Below, in pieces: positions 1 through 11,096 of a DNA stretch of 34,964 nt (position 1 is its first letter; each line of letters starts with the position of its first letter). The notes under the pieces are model-generated. The model searched no databases and had not been told where the DNA came from. It saw only the letters and a program-made list of their open reading frames with translations. The stretch comes from Octopus bimaculoides (lineage: Eukaryota). Location: the NCBI RefSeq assembly GCF_001194135.2, contig NC_068995.1:15520875-15555838 (forward strand), read 5' to 3'. A program made the position numbers and the translations under genes.

Positions 1-54
1 CTCTCTTTCTCTCTTTCTCTTTCTCTCACTCTTTCTCTCTTTCTCTTTCTCTCA

Positions 55-88
<34 letters not shown>
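1..88 (+). repeat. (CT)n microsatellite
   Basis: Direct reading. Confidence 0.98.
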
Positions 89-93
<5 letters not shown>

Positions 94-1230
94 AATCGTT
101 GCCTATCGTGGAATTGCAGATGAAATACTGAAACTTTCTACTCACGTCAGAACATTAGCGGCTCCATAAAGACAATATGATAAAACGCTTTTAGACTAAT
201 TATTACACGCACGAAAAGAGGAGTTTAAATAATATATTTAGGAATTGTATGCACGTCTCTACATCTGTTTATAACAAAATCGTATAAGATACATTGTATA
301 TTTGAAAAATAGCATAATACAAATCAAGTTTTGCAGTGAATATGATATCTACAGTAAATAATCGATGTTGAATAATTATAAAACAAAAGCCACCTATGTA
401 GAAACATGAAAACTACTGCAGTTCATCTGAATGTTATTAAGAACGTTATGACATACGTTTTTATTAAAATTCTATATATTTGTTGTTGCCCATGTGATTG
501 TTGCCAACATTATGATATATTCTTATTGATGAAAATTGCGTGTGAATTGTTGAAAAGAATGGATCTGATTTTATTTACCATCAGAATATACTTGATTAAT
601 TTGAGGGAAATCATGAAAAAAAAAAGAAAAAAAAAGAAGAAAAATCTAATATACAAAATAAAATTATAAATATAACTGAGTTTAGCATATAAGAAATGAT
701 TAAATATATATACCAAGAAAATTTAAGATGAAATGAATGTCGTCACGAATCTTTAGAGATTAAAGAACATTGAGAATTATTGTTCTTAGTAAGATCAATA
801 ATGTTCATTGTTCATAACATAACCTTCAATTTAGATCTATTCTTTGCATTTTGTATGATTGTAATTCAACCCTTAATTTTTACGCAATATGTTAACAGAA
901 TATTAATTGACAATTGATTGACAACTGATCGGCTGTTTTTTAAAATAGCTTTGCTATAACCTTGGTAGGTTGCCAAATAATATCTGCTCCTTTAAGAAAA
1001 CAAAGAGTAAACGATGAAAGTTAAGAATTGACATGTAAAATGGATCTCTAATGAAGTGTCAAAATCGTAAGACCATATTTGACTTAAACTGTAGTTTAGC
1101 GTACATTAGCCTAACCGAACACATATAAGACCAAACGTGTTCCGGTCGCCTTTCGTTTTTTAACTGTAGGGTGTGTTTAGTCCCGGGTGATTCCTTATCG
1201 AGCAGACGGAAAAGCTTAGGGTGTATTTTA

Positions 1231-1445
1231 TCATTTACTTGCGCCAGTAATTGGGTTGTGGCCATGCTGGGGCACCGCCTTGAAGGTTTTAGTCGAATTA
1301 ATCAACTACAGTGGCTTATTTTCTTATGTCTGATACTTATTGTATTGCCTCTTTTGATAAACTGCTAAATTAAGAGAGCGTAAACCACCAAAACTGGCTG
1401 TCAAGCAATAGTGGGGGGGGGGGTCAAACAGAAAGACAAAGACAA
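1231..1445 (-). mobile_element. SINE family B, 3' half
   Basis: ggccatgctggggcaccgccttgaagg..tagtcgaa..tgtcaagc..gggtcaaacagaaagac, followed by (TATC)n. Confidence 0.85.
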
Positions 1446-1465
1446 GTATATACATATACATACAC

Positions 1466-1532
<67 letters not shown>
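1466..1532 (+). repeat. (TATC)n microsatellite
   Basis: Direct reading. Confidence 0.98.
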
Positions 1533-1632
1533 CAGCCCTACATTTACTTATCTACCCGCTCATGTTTAAATCTCTTGAGCACTACTAAGTGTATTCTATA
1601 TGGAGAATATCTGATTCTCATCTATGAACTGG

Positions 1633-1733
1633 ACACACACACACACACACACATGTATATATACATGTATACACATATCTACAACGTACACACGCACGAC
1701 GCATATCTCACACACATATCACACACATAAAAC

Positions 1734-1775
<42 letters not shown>
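1633..1775 (+). repeat. Interrupted (CA)n region
   Basis: Direct reading. Confidence 0.95.
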
Positions 1776-1777
<2 letters not shown>

Positions 1778-2274
1778 CGGTCTATGAAATACGCTCACAA
1801 GAATTGGCCGGCCTCGGGTCATAGTAGAAAATATTTAGGCACATACCCACTAATGAATGAGAGGCAAAAAAAAATCAGTTTTGGATATAAATCTTTTATT
1901 AAAGAAAGAGAACACATACACATTATATGCAGACTGCTTCAGTTATATGAATTGGATTTCACAATAGTAAGCAATAGCTTAAGTACGACCAGTGGCTTCT
2001 GGTTTAACCAGATTAATTCCGATTGAGCAGATCTATGATCAAAGACGCACCAGCTGTCTTTCTTGAGATTGTATTCTATTATTAGTTCCGCTTGATTGAA
2101 CTGAACCATGATTCTGACGAGCAACTCTGATTTTTTAAAATGGCGTTAGTATTTCCAGAGCTATATTATCTAATGTGTATTTCCTTATTATTTTCAGATG
2201 GCAAGTGTTAATTTGAGATTTGGTTGCCATTTTAGCTTGCTGAGTAACCCCGTAGAGACTCCATTATCGGCTTG

Positions 2275-2490
2275 TTATTGCTTAAGCTCCCTGGTTCGAC
2301 ATAATTATGAAGATCTATTAGCGTTCTAGCTGTGGCCACCGTGTCTCTTTATCTCACTTTATCAGTCATACGATATATCTAGATTCATTATCTAACGTCA
2401 TTTCCCTAATAACAGTATAGAGTGAGATTTGGAGGCGATTTGGTTGCTATTTTAATAGGTTGAATAACAACGTAGGTGTTTTCTTTTTGG
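2275..2490 (+). mobile_element. Old interspersed repeat family G; further remnants at ~2205-2265, 5465-5560 (-), 23915-23985, 27600-27760, 34395-34495
   Basis: Shared core gatttgg(c/t)tgctattt..tagcaggtcga..cacg(t/c)agag..cc, with upstream atatctag(g)a(c/t)tacattat motif in some copies. Confidence 0.6.
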
Positions 2491-2518
2491 TTTATTACCA
2501 GTATATTCGTGGATCCGT

Positions 2519-2733
2519 AAGGCGGCAGAGTCGTTAGCACGCTGCGAAAAACGCTTAGCCGCATCTCGTCCGACTTTACGTTCTGAGTTCAAATTTCGCC
2601 GAGGTCGATTTCATTTTTTTACCATTTCAGGATCGATAAAATAAGTACCAGTTGAACGCTAGGGTCGATGTAATTGACTTATACCCTCCCCTGAACTTAC
2701 TAGCCTTGTGCCAACATTTGAAATTAATATATT
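2519..2733 (+). mobile_element. tRNA-derived SINE family A (tail type A1)
   Basis: A-box-like ggcagagtcgttag, B box gagttcaaatttc, central gatcgataaaataagtaccag..gggtcgatgtaattgact, tail ccttgtgccaacatttgaaa; aligns by eye with other copies in the window. Confidence 0.9.
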
Positions 2734-2838
2734 TATGGATTTGTGATAGTATCAGAAAATAATGTGTAGCTTATGAAGGCTTCATTGTTTCGCTTCTTAG
2801 TTTGTTGCTTTTCCTCTTAGGTTAAAGCCTAGAAGAGT

Positions 2839-3200
2839 GGAGGCGCAATGGCCCAGTGGTTAGGGCAGCAGACTCGCGGTCATAGGATCGCGGTTTCGAT
2901 TCCCAAACCGGGCGTTGTGAGTGTTTATTGAGCGAAAACACCTAAAGCTCCTCGAGGCTCCGGCAGGGGATGGTGGCGAACCCTGCTGTACTCTTTCACC
3001 ACAACTTTCTCTCACTCTTTCTTCCTGTTTCTGCCGTACCTCTAATTCAAAGGGTCAGCCTTGTCGCACTGTGTCACGCTGAATCTCCCCGAGAACTACG
3101 TTAATGGTACACGTGTCTGTGGGATGCTCAGCCACTTGCACGTTAATTTCACGAGTAGGCTGTTCCTCGACGTCGTAAGCGACGGAGTGCCAACAACAAC
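2839..3200 (+). mobile_element. tRNA-derived SINE family D, full length, (CAA)n tail, imperfect TSD
   Basis: A box tggcccagtggtt, B box ggtttcgattccc, tail gccaacaacaac; flanked by aaagcctagaagagt (2824-2838) and aaatcctagaaagt (3201-3214). May correspond to a described octopus OR-type SINE (unverified). Confidence 0.88.
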
Positions 3201-3537
3201 AAATCCTAGAAAGTCTAAGTCAAATTCACCCTTTATTTACATCCCAAAATAGGGCCTTTGTACCTTTTGCGAAAGAAACCAATATCCTTTAATATAGCAG
3301 GCAATGTAGTGTGAAAGAAAGCAAATTACTTACAAGTTAGGTTCGTGAAACGGTTTCGATTCCAAGAGGTAGTAATTTTGCTTTGATGCTGCTACTAATG
3401 TTGGAAGGGAAATCATAAACTTTACAACTACTTACTCGCCCATTTCCCTAACATAAGAGATTTCATACCAAAATCAAAAGACCTGTATACATTTCTATTC
3501 AAAGCACCATTAAAAATGCAATTACTCCGTTACATCC

Positions 3538-3569
3538 ATTTATTTATTTATTTATTTATTTATTTATTT
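3538..3569 (+). repeat. (ATTT)n microsatellite
   Basis: Direct reading. Confidence 0.95.
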
Positions 3570-3726
3570 TCAGCCGGTAACGTTGGAAATGACTGTTGTC
3601 TCTGATAAATTGATGACGATTTCTCGCAACGCCATCGAGGCTTAAGGTAGTGTGAATTGACAGGCTTATCGGCCTCTGCTTCATGGCTGTGGTCATAGAA
3701 TTGGTCTGGCAATCACTCGTGACATT

Positions 3727-3727
<1 letters not shown>

Positions 3728-3783
<56 letters not shown>
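3728..3783 (+). repeat. (CT)n microsatellite
   Basis: Direct reading. Confidence 0.98.
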
Positions 3784-3787
<4 letters not shown>

Positions 3788-4340
3788 GTGAACGTTGTTG
3801 AAATATTCATGGCTACACAGTCTTTTGTGTATTCCTCTTCATTTTCTCTTTTTCAATCGATAAAATTACTCCTTTGTTTTCTTTCCCTTTTTAACACTGT
3901 CACCTTCTTTATCGCTTCCTCGATCACTTTTTTCCATTTGTCACTTTTTCTCTTTCTCTATCACTTACATTTTTCTTTCTCTTACACTTCTTTTCTCATT
4001 CACTTTTTTTTCCCGTTTCTTTACCATTTCTACCCTTTCTCTATCATTTTCTCACCCACCCCACATATCACCTCTATTTAAATATTTCCAAAGTGGGATT
4101 CTTTGTATTAAGTCGTTTAAGTCGTTTAAAGATACAGAAATAATAGAAAAGAAATCGTTTACTGCCTATAAAATTACAGGAATTTTCTTAAACACATGAC
4201 ATCGATCCAGGTACCGTTTCCTTCCGCTATTAAACAGAATATCGTTTTAACATATTTACATACACAGGTTTTGCAGCGAGGCGTAATTAAATCAGTAAGT
4301 TTTTGAGAAACAGTGTTCAAGTTTGCTTGTGTTTATTTGA

Positions 4341-4341
<1 letters not shown>

Positions 4342-4386
<45 letters not shown>
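4342..4386 (+). repeat. (TA)n microsatellite
   Basis: Direct reading. Confidence 0.98.
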
Positions 4387-4389
<3 letters not shown>

Positions 4390-4996
4390 TCTTATTCATA
4401 TAATGACATTGGAAAAGAACATGAACATCCTCACTACAAAAGACCCACCACTTCCACATTTAATTGCTCGGAATGTGCATCACATACTAACCTAGGTTTA
4501 AAATATTTTTTGAAGGAAGTAAATCCATAATTTTTTTTTGCTAGTAGTTCTACTATTAAACAAATTGAAGGAAAATTGTTACGAAAATTTAACTATAAAC
4601 CAGCCTCATCAGCTGATAAAACGTTAGAATAAAGCTTATGGTTAGTAGATAAGTTAAAATTATTACATATTTAAGACAGTAAAGATTATGAATGTAATTA
4701 AAAATACTTGTACGAATTGTAAAGTATAACGTTAGCTTAAGGACATATAAGGTTGGCCAAATGTCACCTGATACTAAATCCAAACCATTTAATTCCAAGA
4801 TTTATATATGTTTAACAACTGAATGAATTTGATAAAAGCATCTAAATATGAAACATCATGAAAATTGATCAAACTGAAATCTTTCTTGGGTGACACATTA
4901 TTCCATTCGAGTCAATACAGAATTATAGATAGTATTTATGGAATTTTGATCTACTGTCGGGTGACTTTTGGCCAACTCTGTATTAACGTCATAAAT

Positions 4997-5218
4997 AAGG
5001 CGGAGAGATGGTAAAATCGTTATCACACAGGGCTAAATACTTTGCAGCATTTCGTCCGTCTTTACGTTCTGAGTTCAAATTCCGCCCATGTCGATTTTGT
5101 CTTTTATCCTTTCGAGGTTGAGAAAATGAGTACCCGTCGAGAAAATAAGTACCAGTCGATGTAATCGACTTAACCCCATTCCCGAACTTGCTGGTCATGT
5201 GCCAAAATTTGAAACCAC
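4997..5218 (+). mobile_element. SINE family A (A1) with internal duplication/deletion
   Basis: Same head, B box and tail; central module carries gagaaaatgagtacc twice. Confidence 0.88.
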
Positions 5219-6303
5219 TAATTTCAGCAAGTACGAAAGACAACTCAGGACGTGTTCCGGTCAGTTTAGATCTGCTCAGTGAAGCAATGACTTCAGTCAT
5301 CTCACTAGCCATTGTACTGACGAGAGAAGCGGAAAACCACTAAGGAGATTTACAACACTGTGTTCGAGCAAGTGTGCAAATTAACATATATCACTGAAGT
5401 TAATTATTCAGAAACTCCATTACCAATTGTCAACACGATTAATAACAGTTAAAACAACAAACCAGTGTGAGAACTTCTGTGTGATCGAACGACCTGCTAG
5501 ACCTGGCTGTCAAATTTTCGAATCGCATGCTATCGTCTCAACAAAGGAAGGCTATATTTGGTAATATAGATCTACATACTAAATTTGATATTCAAAACAC
5601 GGAATGGACACAGCTGAAACATCTTTGATTGTTGACTTGTTCGGTCGGGGAACAGCAATAACAATCAAAAGGAAAAATAACACCAGGGGTTTGGAAGCCC
5701 GAGGGCCAAATAGAAAGATTGAATTCACATGCAGAGAACAAATCATAACAGAATGTGTGATAGAATATTTGGTATACAGTAGAGCATTTGGTGAGCGACA
5801 GAACATTTGGTGACAGAGCATTTAAGTGTCATAATATTTGGTAAGGATGAGAGGATATTTGGTAAGTAGCAACATATTTGAGAAACTAACAACTGTATTT
5901 GGAAAACATAATGAGATACTCGTTCTTAGAAAACAGCAAATTGCTTGCGTTTAGGCAGCCAATAAACGATATGTATTTAATAATCCCAGTAAATTGCCTG
6001 CATTTATAAGGAAAAAATTGCTTCTATTTAGAAATTCCAATAAATAGCATGTACTTAAAAATCAATACATTGCCTGAAAACGCAATATTTAATCTATATA
6101 TGCTGAAAATGCCAATAAATTATCGGTCTTTTGGAATTATAATAGGTGCAATAATCGCAGAGCTTATCGCAATCTGCAACAATGACATCACAATTTATTG
6201 ATCCGACAGGTGAAAAACGATTGTGTCACAGTTTACACCTTGCCCAAGGCCACTGAATTAAACGAAATACCTAATTATCAGAATACTAACAAGTACTATA
6301 TTT

Positions 6304-6378
6304 GGTAGTAGTTGCAGTAGTAGTAGTAGTAGTAGTAGTAGTTATTGTGGGTGTTGTTGTAGTTGTAGCTGTTGCTGT
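6304..6378 (+). repeat. (TAG)n/(GTT)n compound repeat
   Basis: Direct reading. Confidence 0.92.
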
Positions 6379-6878
6379 TTAGCCTCATTGAATATGATAG
6401 CATTCACAAAATTAATGGGGAAAGTCCTACTATAAACTAAACCTCAATTAAATAATTGATAACGCTAAATGTCATTAATAATATTTATACGATTAATATG
6501 AAAAGTCGAATGGACTCGTTGTAGGAACAGCATTTATAATATTAATATGAAAAGTCGAATATATTAAATCCCAATGATATAATTGATAACTCTAAGCGCC
6601 ATTAATATGTACCGTAATATATTGCCTCAAACACGTGTACTCACACATACACGCATACACACACTCGTACGTGTACAAACAATCTCTGGGATGGAAATGA
6701 AAGCTTGAAATGAATAAGAGACCACGTTTCTGAGATGAAATGGAAGGGGGAAATGAATAAAATAAGATGGATGCGTTATTAGAACATGAATTGTGAGTCA
6801 GAACATATTGCATGTCATAGGAGACGCAAAATAAATTCAACAACAACAACAACAACAACAACAAAGACAACAACATAT

Positions 6879-7035
6879 AGGCACAAGGCCTGAAATTTGG
6901 AGGAGGGGATAGTCGATTACTTATTTTATCGACCCCAATGTCGACCTCGGTGGAATTTGAAATCAGAACATAGTTAATGCTTAGCGAAGTACCGTTAAGC
7001 ATTTCGTCCAGCGTGCTAACGATTCTGCCAACTAA
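6879..7035 (-). mobile_element. SINE family A (tail type A2) with two internal deletions
   Basis: Plus text: ggcacaaggcctgaaatttgg..gtcgattac|ttattttatcgacccc|aatgtcgacctcggtggaatttga..gcgtgctaacgattctgcca. Confidence 0.85.
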
Positions 7036-7040
7036 TCCTA

Positions 7041-7059
7041 AATAATAATAATAATGATG

Positions 7060-7134
<75 letters not shown>

Positions 7135-7173
7135 GTGATGATGATGATGATGATGAGGATGATGATGATGCTG
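7041..7173 (+). repeat. (AAT)n-(GAT)n compound microsatellite
   Basis: Direct reading. Confidence 0.98.
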
Positions 7174-7435
7174 ATAAACTTTTTTCCTTATGCTTTTGCT
7201 ATTGTGCTTCGATATCAATTACTTTAATTTAACGGTCATGTTCTGCTTCGGCAAACGTAACGCGAATAAATTCAAATACTGCATAAAATTAATTGCACCA
7301 CTTGAATTATTTACATTCATTTTAGTTTTGCCATAATATAGGGCTACAATAACCCACTTTGCGTGTACCAAGCTTTAAAACATTGCCCCCTTTAAAAAAA
7401 GATAATTAACAATGTCGAATATACTCGTTGTAGTT

Positions 7436-7569
7436 GGCAGATGTGGCTGTGTGGTTAACAAGCATGCTTCCCAATCACGTAGTCTTGCGTTCAGTCCTAC
7501 TGCATAGCACCTTGGAAAAATATCTTCCGGGCCGACCAATGTCATATGAATGCATTTGGTAAACGGTAA
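7436..7569 (+). mobile_element. SINE family B head
   Basis: ggcagatgtggctgtgtggttaacaagcatgcttcccaatcacgtagtcttgcgttcagtcctactgcatagcaccttgg..gggccgacc..atttggtaaacgg. Confidence 0.85.
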
Positions 7570-7573
7570 ATGG

Positions 7574-7593
7574 TGGGACAAACACAGACACAC

Positions 7594-7628
<35 letters not shown>

Positions 7629-7831
7629 NNNNNNNNNNNNNNNNNNNNNNNNNNNNNNNNNNNNNNNNNNNNNNNNNNNNTGGTCAGCCCGAGGCTATAG
7701 TAGAAGACACTTGCCCAAGGTGCCACGCAGTGGGACTGAACCCGGAACCATGTGGTTGGTATGCAAGCTACTTACCACACAGCCACTCCTGTGCCTACAA
7801 CCCACTCCTGCGCCTTTAAGCCACGTCTGCG

Positions 7832-7835
<4 letters not shown>
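7574..7835 (-). mobile_element. SINE family B, antiparallel copy (head, CA slot with gap, start of 3' half)
   Basis: 7681-7797 is a close match to the B head; 7574-7628 ggtgggacaaacacagacac(CA)n is the start of the 3' half. Confidence 0.88.
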
Positions 7836-7884
<49 letters not shown>

Positions 7885-7889
7885 ATACA

Positions 7890-8100
7890 TCTATTTGTAT
7901 GTTTGTCCAACGCCATCGTTTGACAGCTGGCGCTGGTTTGTTGTTCACGCCTTCGTAACAGAGCGGTTCAGCAAAGTGACCATTAGTATAAGTACTACAC
8001 TAACAAAACAAGTACTTGGGACGATGTGTTCGACTAACCCCTTTAAGGCGGTGCCCCAGCTTGGCCGCAATCCAGTTACTGAGACAGATAAGATAAAAAA
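7890..8100 (+). mobile_element. SINE family B, 3' half
   Basis: gtttgtccaacgccatcgtttgacagctggcgctgg..gcggttcagcaaa..taagtact..ttcgactaacccctttaaggcggtgccccagcttggccgca. Confidence 0.88.
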
Positions 8101-8392
8101 AACGTATACCATATAGTATTTCTTTTGAAAATAGATTATTAAAATTGCCACCTCTCTGTGCTATATATTTTTCTGTGCAACGTGACTTAGTAATGGGAGA
8201 AAATATTAATATAAAAATTTCTGTGGAAAAGATTGACATGACAGATTAGGTATTTCTGGATATTACTAACTATCATATTAACATTCAAGTTATTAACTTC
8301 ATAAGCTAGTAGTTCTTGAAATCAGTCAATCAATCAATTAATCAAGCTATCAGTCTGTCTGTCTGTCGTTCAATCTCCCTACCCATTCATCC

Positions 8393-8452
<60 letters not shown>
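8393..8452 (+). repeat. (ATCT)n microsatellite
   Basis: Direct reading. Confidence 0.98.
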
Positions 8453-9044
8453 CTTTTCTAATTCTTGCTTCACCAATTCTTTGAAATCTTTTCATAAACA
8501 AAACATTTCATTCTAAGAGACAGTTGCCGCTGTCATCAGAATTTAACTAAGAGTAAAGAATAACATACTGAATTAAAAAAAAAAATGCCTTGCATATTTT
8601 CACTGTTCCGCTAAGATATTGAATTACGTGTTAAACAATGTCTTTCATTTCCTGAAAATCTCAGATTTTTCCAGGCCAATACTTAAACACAAGTGCACCA
8701 ATGGCGCAGTAAATTCATTTGTTGCTTAGAGAAGTTATAGCTTTCGGAGCAGTTGACAATCTTTTCTTTTTTTTACATTTTAGTAATTTTGAGTGAAATG
8801 TTCACAAGCTACTGGTTAACTAACCTCCCAACCATGCGTCCCTTTAGCTCTCTGTTCCAAACAACTATGTCAAATTTGCCGTGTATGTGCATGGATTTAG
8901 TGGAAGTTTTGATGATAAGATTTCCGTCATACTCTTTTATTCGAATGCCATACATTACAAATATTTGTATATTTGTTCCAGTGCAGTTCTTCTTACGGAT
9001 GGCATTTGCATATCATGTAAGCAATAATGCCATATCTGTTATCT

Positions 9045-9097
9045 ATTTTCTTCAACTTGTTTTAGTCTTTTGGCTGTTGCCATGCCGGGGTACCGCC
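9045..9097 (-). mobile_element. Short fragment of the SINE family B 3' end
   Basis: cttgttttagtcttttggctgttgccatgccggggtaccgcc matches the B terminus. Confidence 0.65.
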
Positions 9098-9610
9098 ATA
9101 TCGCATGACTATATTGGAGCAGTTACTGATCTTGTAAAGTGTATGAGGCGGTAATGCACAGCCGTTCACGCGCCGCTTATTTGGCTGATTCGATGCTGAC
9201 TTATTTGACAGCAGGCATTTTAATATTTCTCTTGTTTCCCCACCACTTCTCTTCCTTTCTCTCTCTCTCTCTCTCTTTTCTTATATGTTTATGAAAAGAG
9301 GAAAATGTTTATGTCAATCGTGTTCAACTGATAAATTGCAATCCCTCTCTCTTTCTCTCCTTCGCTCTTTCTTGCTCTTTCTTTCTGTATATGTATATCT
9401 ATATCCATATCCATATACAGATATGCGCGTGTTTCCTTCTAAGGCCAAACCATAGTTTCCAAAACAACTCTAATCAACTGTGTCAAATTGCCTACGTCCA
9501 AGAAACTGCGACAAATCGTATATTCTATGTCATCTTTCACGTATATCTGATATTTGACCTTCTCGAAAGATTTAAAAGCTTAACTGTCACTTTCGTTTAA
9601 TAATCATTTA

Positions 9611-9826
9611 GCTCTTGGGCATCTCTTGCTCTTGGGTATCTCTTGCTCTTGGGTATCTCTTGCTCTTGGGTATCTCTTGCTCTTGGGTATCTCTTGCTCT
9701 TGGGTATCTCTTGCTCTTGGGTATCTCTTCCTCTTGGGCATCTCTTGCTCTTGGGCATCTCTTGCTCTTGGGTATCTCTTGCTCTTGGGTATCTCTTGCT
9801 CTTGGGTATCTCTTGCTCTTGGGTAT
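9611..9826 (+). repeat. 17-bp minisatellite (gctcttgggtatctctt), 12.7 units
   Basis: Exact 17-bp period; only a few substitutions (gggc in units 1, 8 and 9; cctctt in unit 8). Confidence 0.98.
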
Positions 9827-10454
9827 TAAAAGAACAGCTTCCATGGTATGACGTTAAGTGACAATCAACGTTCAGGTAAGGTGATGACTAGTGTTGATAC
9901 TAACGTTATTTGCAAGTTTCAGAGAAACGTAGCCTTTTTGGCATACAACTCGTATTACTCCTCCAAATCATTTTTGAGGTTTGTTTGTTGAACAGTTCTT
10001 GGGACGCATGTATATCTTAAAGATTTTATCCTCGAATCCTACGATTTTGTTTCCTCTCTTTTGATCACTTGATGGCTATAGTTGATCTCTTTTTTTCCCT
10101 CAAGTGCTGTCTAAGTGATTCAATACAAAACTGCCGTCTATTGGGAGATAGTATATATTGATATTACTATTTTTGTGGAAGCTTCTGGAAGTTGTTGGGA
10201 TCTTCCCGGTTGTAATACCTATGAATAGGAATTTCCTTGATAGATTAGTCAAGTACTTCAAATGATTTCTTTTATAGGCCAGTTAAGTGCCCGACAATAT
10301 ATTTTGCAATATCACTACTGATGCTGTAAATGCATTGTGGAACATTAACACGTAAAACAGACATCTGACTCCAATATTTTGAAAACATCTGGCATAAATT
10401 TGGCTCGTCAATCTTCGTTCCTAGCACTTTTACATGATATATTTTCATTAACAC

Positions 10455-10748
10455 TTAGGTATTTATGGCGGAAGTGGGAGCAAGTACTGGTGGAAAGAAC
10501 AGATCCTGAAACGCAAGTGGTGATGGATAGGCCAATTCTAGGGAAACCAATATTCTGCTTTACACGTCAAACCCTGTCATAGAGTCCACAAAGGGTGCAG
10601 AAAAGACATCCTAACATAGAGAGAGTCGGGATGCTAAGGCAGAGCTGACTAAACAGGGATCCAACTGGAGAAAAGTAGAAAGACAGCTCAAAGTTAAGAA
10701 TAGTGGAGAAAAGTCGCCATAGGGAGTGAAGGGCTTAAATAAATAAAG
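10455..10748 (+). mobile_element. RTE-clade LINE 3' terminal fragment with (TAAA) tail
   Basis: Frameshifted translation LWRKWEQVLVE / EQILKRKW*WIG / LGKP..FTRQTLS*SPQ..KRHPN..AELTKQGSNWRKVE matches the RTE C-terminus (RRW.WIGH.LRK..TRQAL.WNP.G.R.RGRP). Ends gggagtgaagggcttaaataaataaa. Confidence 0.8.
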
Positions 10749-10778
10749 ATATATTTGTATCACTCGATGTATGCAGCT

Positions 10779-11096
10779 GGCAAGATCGAAAGACTATTGG
10801 CAAGCCTGAAACATTATTGGCAAGATTGAGACACTTTTGGCAAAATTGAGACACTCTTAGCAAAATTGAGACACTATTGGCAAGATTGAGACACTATTGG
10901 CAAGATTGAGACACTGTTAGTAAGACTGACACACTATTGGCAAGACAGAGACACTATAGACAAGATTGAGACACTCTTAGCAAAACTGAGACACTATTGG
11001 CAAGACAGAGACACTACTGGCAAGATTGAGGTACTATAGGCAAGACTGAGACATTAATAAGACAAAGATATTATTGGCAAGTTTGAAACACTATTG
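10779..11096 (+). repeat. 20-bp minisatellite (ggcaagattgagacactatt), about 16 diverged units
   Basis: 20-bp period holds from 10779 to ~11058, then one shortened unit and one final unit. Confidence 0.96.

Noticed and set aside
2839-2910. tRNA gene
   Set aside because: A and B boxes are present but there is no closed cloverleaf or terminator; it continues into a SINE body and (CAA)n tail.
3574-3645. Possible exon PVTLEMTVVSDKLMTISRNAIEA* after (ATTT)n-ttcag
   Set aside because: 23 open codons are expected by chance, the acceptor is supplied by a microsatellite, and there is no homology I can recognise.
6505-7433. 18/20 match gtcgaat..actcgttgtag at 6505-6524 and 7414-7433 as a possible TSD
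   Set aside because: A rough estimate shows such a match is expected by chance at this distance, and the enclosed segment is not a coherent element.
9608-9861. Repetitive ORFs over the 17-bp array as repeat protein or CRISPR array
   Set aside because: Head-to-tail units without spacers, no cas genes, eukaryotic context; the ORFs are artefacts of the period.
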